Shown here: piece by piece, positions 59,501-64,000 of the stretch
Numbering within the stretch: position 1 is the stretch's first letter
Layout of the letters: each line of letters starts with the position of its first letter
Assembly: GCA_964016885.1 (NCBI GenBank)
Contig: OZ024741.1
Coordinates: forward strand, 255,254,001 to 255,318,000
Source: Eledone cirrhosa
Lineage: Eukaryota
DNA length: 64,000 bases
Direction of reading: 5' to 3'
Notes under the pieces: generated by a model
Told to the model about the DNA's origin: nothing
What the model saw: only the letters and a program-made list of their open reading frames with translations
The model's database searches: none
Program-made: the position numbers and the translations under genes

Positions 59501-62500
59501 TTCTCTGTCAGTGCCAGTGTTTTTGTTGTTGCTGTTTTCTGTGTCAGTGCCAGTGTTGTTGTAGTTGTTGCTGTTTTCTGTGTCAATGCCAGTGTTGTTG
59601 TTGTTGCTGTTTTCTCTGTCAGTGCCAGTGTTGTTGTTGCTGTTTTCTCTGTCAGTGCCAGTGTTGTTGTTGCTGTTTTCTGTGTCAGTGCCATTGTTAT
59701 TGCTGTTGTTGCTGTTTTCTCTGTCAGTGCCAGTGTTGTTGTTGCTGTTGCTGTTTTCTCTGTCAGTGCCAGTGTTATTGTAGTTGTTGCTGTTTTCTCT
59801 GTCAGTGCCAGTGTTGTAGTTGTTGCTGTTTTCTGTGTCAGTGCCAGTGTTGTTGTTGTTGCTGTTTTCTCTGTCAGTGCCAGTGTTGTTGTAGTTGTTG
59901 CTGTTTTCTCTGTCAGTGCCAGTGTTGTTGTAGTTGTTGCTGTTTTCTGTGTCAGTGCCAGTGTTGTTGTTGTTGCTGTTTTCTATGTCAGTGCCAGTGT
60001 TGTTGTAGTTGTTGCTGTTTTCTGTGTCAGTGCCAGTGTTGTTGTAGTTGTTGCCGTTTTCTCTGTCAGTGCCAGTGTTGTTGTAGTTGTTGCTGTTTTC
60101 TGTGTCAGTGCCAGTGTTGTTGTTGCTGTTTTCTCTGTCAGTGCCAGTGTTGTTGTAGTTGTTGCTGTTTTCTCTGTCAGTGCCAGTTTTGTTGTAGTTT
60201 TTGCTGTTTTCTGTGTCAGTGCCAGTGTTGTTGTAGTTGTTGCTGTTTTCTTTGTCAGTGGCAGTGTTGTTGTTGTTGCTGTTTTCTCTGTCAGTGCCAG
60301 TGTTGTAGTTGTTGCTGTTTTCTCTGTCAGTGCCAGTGTTGTTGTTGTTGTTGCTGTTTTCTCTGTCAGTGCCAGTGTTGTTGTTGTTGCTATTTTCACT
60401 GTCAGTGCCAGTGTTGTTGTTGTTGCTATTTTCACTGTCAGTGCCAGTGTTGTTGTTGTTGCTATTTTCACTGTCAGTGCCAGTGTTGTTGTTGTTACTG
60501 TTGCTGTTTTCTGTGTCAGTGCCAGTGTTGTTGTTGTTACTGTTGCTGTTTCCTGTGCCACTGCCAGTGTTATTGTTGCTGTTGTTGCTGTTTTGTCTGT
60601 CAGTGCCAGTGTTGTAGTTGTTGCTGTTTTCTCTGACACTGCCAGTGTTGTTGTAGTTGTTGCTGTTTTATGTGTCAGTGCCAGTGTTGTTGTTGTTGCT
60701 ATTTTCACTGTCAGTGCCAGTGTTGTTGCTGTTGCTGTTTTCTCTGTCAGTGCCAGTGATGTTGTAGTTGTTGCTGTTTTCTGTGTTAGTGCCAGTGTTG
60801 TTGTAGTTGTTGCTGTTTTCTGTGTCAGTGCCAGTGTTGTTGCTGTTGCTGTTTTCTCTGTCAGTGCCAGTGTTGTTGTAGTTGTTGCTGTTTTCTGTGT
60901 CAGTGCCACTGTTGTTGTTGCTGTTGTCTGTGTCTGTGCCAGTGTTGTTGTTGTTGCTGTTTTCTCTGTCAGTGCCAGTGTTGTTGTTGCTGTTTTCTCT
61001 GTCAGTGTCAGTGTTGTTGTAGTTGTTGCTGTTTTTTGTGTCAGTGCCAGTGTTGTTATAGTTGTTGCTGTTTTCTCTGTCAGTGCCAGTGTTGTTGTTG
61101 TTGTTGCTGTTTTCTCTGTCAGTGCCAGTGTTGTAGTTGTTGCTGTTTTCTCTGTCAGTGCCAGTGTTGTTGTAGTTGTTGCTGTTTTCTGTGTCAGTGC
61201 CAGTGTTGTTGTTGTTGCTGTTTTCTGTGTCAGTGCCAGTGTTGTTGTTGTTGCTATTTTCACTGTCAGTGCCAGTGTTGTTGCTGTTGCTGTTTTCTCT
61301 GTCAGTGCCAGTGATGTTGTAGTTGTTGCTGTTTTCTGTGTTAGTGTCAGTGTTGTTGTAGTTGTTGCTGCTTTCTGTGTCAGTGCCAGTGTTGTTGCTG
61401 TTGCTGTTTTCTTTGTCAATGCCAATGTTGTTGTAGTTGTTGCTGCTTTCTCTGTCAGTGCCAGTGTTGTTGTAGTTGTTGCTGTTTTCTGTGTCAGTGC
61501 CAGTGTTGTTGTAGTTGTTGCTGTTTTCTGTGTCAGTGCCAGTGTTGTTGTTGTTGATGTTTTCTCTGTCAGTGCCAGTGTTGTTGTAGTTGTTGCTGTT
61601 TTCTGTGTCAGTGCCACTGTTGTTATTGCTGTTTTCTCTGTCAGTGCCAGTGTTGTTGCTGTTGCTATTTTCACTGTCAGTGCCAGTGTTGTTGTTGTTG
61701 CTGTTTTCTGTGTCAGTGCCAGTGTTGTTGTTGTTGCTGTTTTCTTTGTCAGTGCCAGTGTTGTTGTTGTTACTGTTGCTGTTTTCTGTGTCAGTTCCAG
61801 TGTTGCTGTTGCTGTTTTCTGTGCCAGTGCCAGTGTTATTGTTGCTGTTGTTGTTGTTTTCTGTGTCAGTGCCACGGTTGTTGTTGCTGTTGTTGCTGTT
61901 TTCTGTGTCAGTGTCAGTGTTGTTGTTGCTGTTTTCTGTGTCAGTGCCAGTGTTGTTGTTGCTGTTGTTGCTGTTTTCTGTGCCAGTGTTGTTGTAGTTG
62001 TTGCTGTTTTGTGTGTCAGTGCCGGTGTTGTTGTTGTTGCTGTTTTCTCTGTCAGTGCCAGTGTTGTTGTTGTTGCTGTTTTCTCTGTCAGTGCCAGTGT
62101 TGTTGTTGTTGCTGTTTTCTGTGTCAGTGCCAGTGTTGTTGTAGTTGTTGCTGTTTTCTGTGTCAGTGCCAGTGTTGTTGTAGTTGTTGCTGTTTTCTGT
62201 GTCAGTGCCAGTGTTGTTGTAGTTGTTGCTGTTTTCTCTGTCAGTGCCAGTGTTGTTGTAGTTGTTGCTGTTTTCTCTGTCAGTGCCAGTGTTGTTGTAG
62301 TTGTTGATGTTTTCTGTGTCAATGCCAGTGTTGTTGTTGTTGCTGTTTTCTCTGTCAGTGCCAGTGTTGTAGTTGTTGCTGTTTTCTCTGTCAGTGCCAG
62401 TGTTGTTGTAGTTGTTGCTGTTTTCTGTGTCAGTGCCAGTGTTGTTGCTGTTGTTGCTGTTTTCTGTGTCAGTGCCAGTGTTGTTGTTGTTGCTGTTTTC

Positions 62501-62560
62501 TCTGTCAGTGCCAGTGTTTTTGTTGTTGCTGTTTTCTGTGTCAGTGCCAGTGTTGTTCTA
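56600..62560 (+). repeat. Tandem duplication, ~3.0-kb period
   Basis: 57282/60309 (+3027), 58042/61036 (+2994), 58593/61590 and 59014/62011 (+2997). Shared variants include CTGACACTGCC and GTTATAGTT. Confidence 0.85.
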
Positions 62561-64000
62561 GTTGTTGCTGTTTTCTGTGTCAGTGCCAGTGTTGTTGTAG
62601 TTGTTGCTGTTTTCTCTGTCAGTGCCAGTGTTGTTGTAGTTGTTGCTGTTTTCTCTGTCAGTGCCAGTGTTGTTGTAGTTGTTGCTGTTTTCTCTGTCAG
62701 TGCCAGTGTTGTTGTAGTTATTGCTGTTTTCTGTGTCAGTGCCACTGTTGTTGTTGCTGTTTTCTGTGTCGGTGCCAGTGTTGTTGTTGTTGCTGTTTTC
62801 TCTGTCAGTGCCAGTGTTGTTGTTGCTGTTTTCTCTGTCAGTGCCAGTGGTGTTGTAGTTGTTGCTGTTTTCTGTGTCAGTGCCAGTGTTGTTGTTGTTG
62901 CTGTTTTCTCTGTCAGTGCCAGTGATGTTGTAGTTGTTGCTGTTTTCTGTGTTAGTGCCAGTGTTGTTGTAGTTGTTGCTGTTTTCTGTGTCAGTGCCAG
63001 TGTTGTTGCTGTTGCTGTTTTCTCTGTCAGTGTCAGTGTTGTTGTAGTTGTTGCTGCTTTCTCTGTCAGTGCCAGTGTTGTTGTAGTTGTTGCTGTTTTC
63101 TGTGTCAGTGCCAGTGTTGTTGTTGTTGCTGTTTTCTCTGTCAGTGCCAGTGTTGTTGTAGTTGTTGCTGTTTTCTGTGTCAGTGCCACTGTTGTTGTTG
63201 CTGTTTTCTCTGTCAGTGCCAGTGTTGTTGTAGTTTTTGCTGTTTTCTGTGTCAGTGCCAGTGTTGTTTTTGCTGTTTTCTGTGTCAGTGCCAGTGTTGT
63301 TGTTGTTGCTGTTTTCTCTGTCAGTGCCAGTGTTGTTGCTGTTGCTATTTTCACTGTCAGTGCCAGTGTTGTTGTTGTTGCTGTTTTCTGTGTCAGTGCC
63401 AGTGTTGTTGTTGTTGCTGTTTTCTTTGTCAGTGCCAGTGTTGTTGTTGTTACTGTTGCTGTTTTCTGTGTCAGTGCCAGTGTTGTTGTAGTTGTTGCTG
63501 TTTTCTGTGCCAGTGCCAGTGTTATTGTTGCTGTTGTTGCTGTTTTCTGTGTCAGTGCCACGGTTGTTGCTGTTGTTGCTGTTTTCTGTGTCAGTGCCAA
63601 TGTTGTTGTTGCTGTTTTCTGTGTCAGTGCCAGTGTTGTTGTTGCTGTTGTTGCTGTTTTCTGTGCCAGTGTTGTTGTTGTTGCTGTTTTCTGTGTCAGT
63701 GCCAGTGTTGTTGTAGTTGTTGCTGTTTTCTGTGTCAGTGCCAGTGTTGTTGTAGTTGTTGCTGTTTTCTGTGTCAGTGCCAGTGTTGTTGTAGTTGTTG
63801 CTGTTTTCTCTGTCAGTGCCAGTGTTGTTGTAGTTGTTGATGTTTTCTGTGTCAATGCCAGTGTTGTTGTTGTTTTCTCTGTCAGTGCCAGTGTTGTAGT
63901 TGTTGCTGTTTACTCTGTCAGTGTCAGTGTTGTTGTAGTTGTTGCTGTTTTCTGTGTCAGTGCCAGTGTTGTTGCTGTTGTTGATGTTTTCTGCGTCAGT

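Larger units (their letters stand above)
31471..59560 (+). repeat. Higher-order duplication with a ~14.8-14.9 kb period (copy 1 ~31471-46263, copy 2 ~46264-59560, diverging near its end)
   Basis: Collinear rare markers: GTTTAATTGG 31471/46264 (+14793), GTTTACTCT 39151/54064 (+14913), GTTTACTGT 40087/55000 (+14913). ORF-track twins 42408/57282, 43168/58042, 43719/58593 and 44140/59014 are all +14874. Confidence 0.9.
1..64000 (+). repeat. Tandem satellite/minisatellite array of 33/36/39-bp monomers (consensus CAGTGCCAGTGTTGTTGTAGTTGTTGCTGTTTTCT(C/G)TGT), ~1,700 copies, extending beyond both window edges
   Basis: The same monomer is readable on every line from 1 to 64000 in a single orientation. 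Length varies with the number of GTT triplets, and occasional 6-bp deletions give TGTGCCAGT units. The 39-bp consensus is ~44% GC, with T=19 and A=3. Confidence 0.98.
9996..64000 (-). pseudogene. Possible interrupted Thr-rich mucin-like repeat reading frame (LALT[E/Q]KTATTTTT)n; coding status unproven
   Basis: All minus-strand Thr ORFs from 9991 to 63855 share one frame (left coordinate mod 3 = 1) and are separated only by 14 in-frame stops. No signal peptide, unique domain or exon boundary is visible, and frame retention is also explained by triplet slippage. Confidence 0.2.

Noticed and set aside
7175-62307. Cys-rich ORFs (CQCQCCCSCCCFL)n resembling metallothionein or keratin-associated proteins
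   Set aside because: This is an alternative frame of the same repeat, with starts and stops set by sporadic variants. It has no family-specific motif or unique sequence.
105-63716. Short Leu-rich ORFs resembling signal peptides or membrane proteins
   Set aside because: This is the third + frame. It is terminated by TAG in every GTA-containing monomer, and the ORFs are just runs of GTA-less monomers.
531-64000. Giant + strand Val-rich ORFs (2637, 3496, 1457 and 4930 aa, plus an open run from 46268 to the window end)
   Set aside because: (VSASVVVVVAVF[C/S])n is almost entirely hydrophobic over thousands of residues, which is implausible as a protein. The starts are incidental TTG/GTG codons, and openness follows from a stop-free monomer whose length is a multiple of 3.
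1-64000. CRISPR array (constant GCTGTTTTCTSTGTCAGTGCCAGT plus a variable part)
   Set aside because: The variable parts are short GTT tracts of ~9-24 bp rather than unique spacers. There is no leader and no cas gene.
1-64000. Telomerase-synthesised G/T-rich telomeric repeat or G-quadruplex array
   Set aside because: There are no GG runs in the consensus. Point variants are inherited in multi-kb duplicated blocks, which indicates recombinational amplification rather than templated de novo addition.
9996-64000. Antifreeze glycoprotein or ice-binding protein gene
   Set aside because: Fish AFGPs are (Ala/Pro-Ala-Thr)n tripeptide repeats, and insect antifreeze proteins have regular TxT/TCT repeats of fixed period. 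The variable 11-13 aa LALT[E/Q]KTAT(n) unit fits neither.
1-64000. miR-141/200a seed-match CAGTGTT in each monomer and forkhead-like TGTTTAC in rare variants
   Set aside because: Any short motif present in a monomer is automatically multiplied. The host and transcription are unknown, so there is no support for function.

Overview
The whole 64 kb window is one uninterrupted, head-to-tail tandem array of about 1,700 monomers (64,000 divided by ~37 bp). The consensus monomer is CAGTGCCAGT-(GTT)n[GTA]GTTGTT-GCTGTTTTC-T(C/G)T-GT, mostly 33, 36 or 39 bp long. I see no unique sequence, inversion, transposon insertion, RNA gene or recognisable protein domain, and both array ends lie outside the window. 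The strand bias is extreme: the 39-bp consensus has 19 T and only 3 A on the + strand. Rare variant monomers act as markers and reveal nested higher-order duplications of ~1.0, 1.65, 1.7, 3.0, 6.9, 12.7-13.7 and 14.8-14.9 kb. Monomer lengths are multiples of 3 and four of the six frames are stop-free in the consensus, so the very long ORFs in the track are largely expected by-products. Only two frame-breaking indels exist (~545 and ~9995). The most plausible coding reading is the minus-strand Thr-rich (LALT[E/Q]KTATTTTT)n frame, which is mucin-like, but it carries 17 in-frame stops. My best call is a eukaryotic satellite or large minisatellite with higher-order structure. A giant or decayed mucin-like repeat exon is a weaker alternative. 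I found no convincing evidence of a novel multi-gene system.
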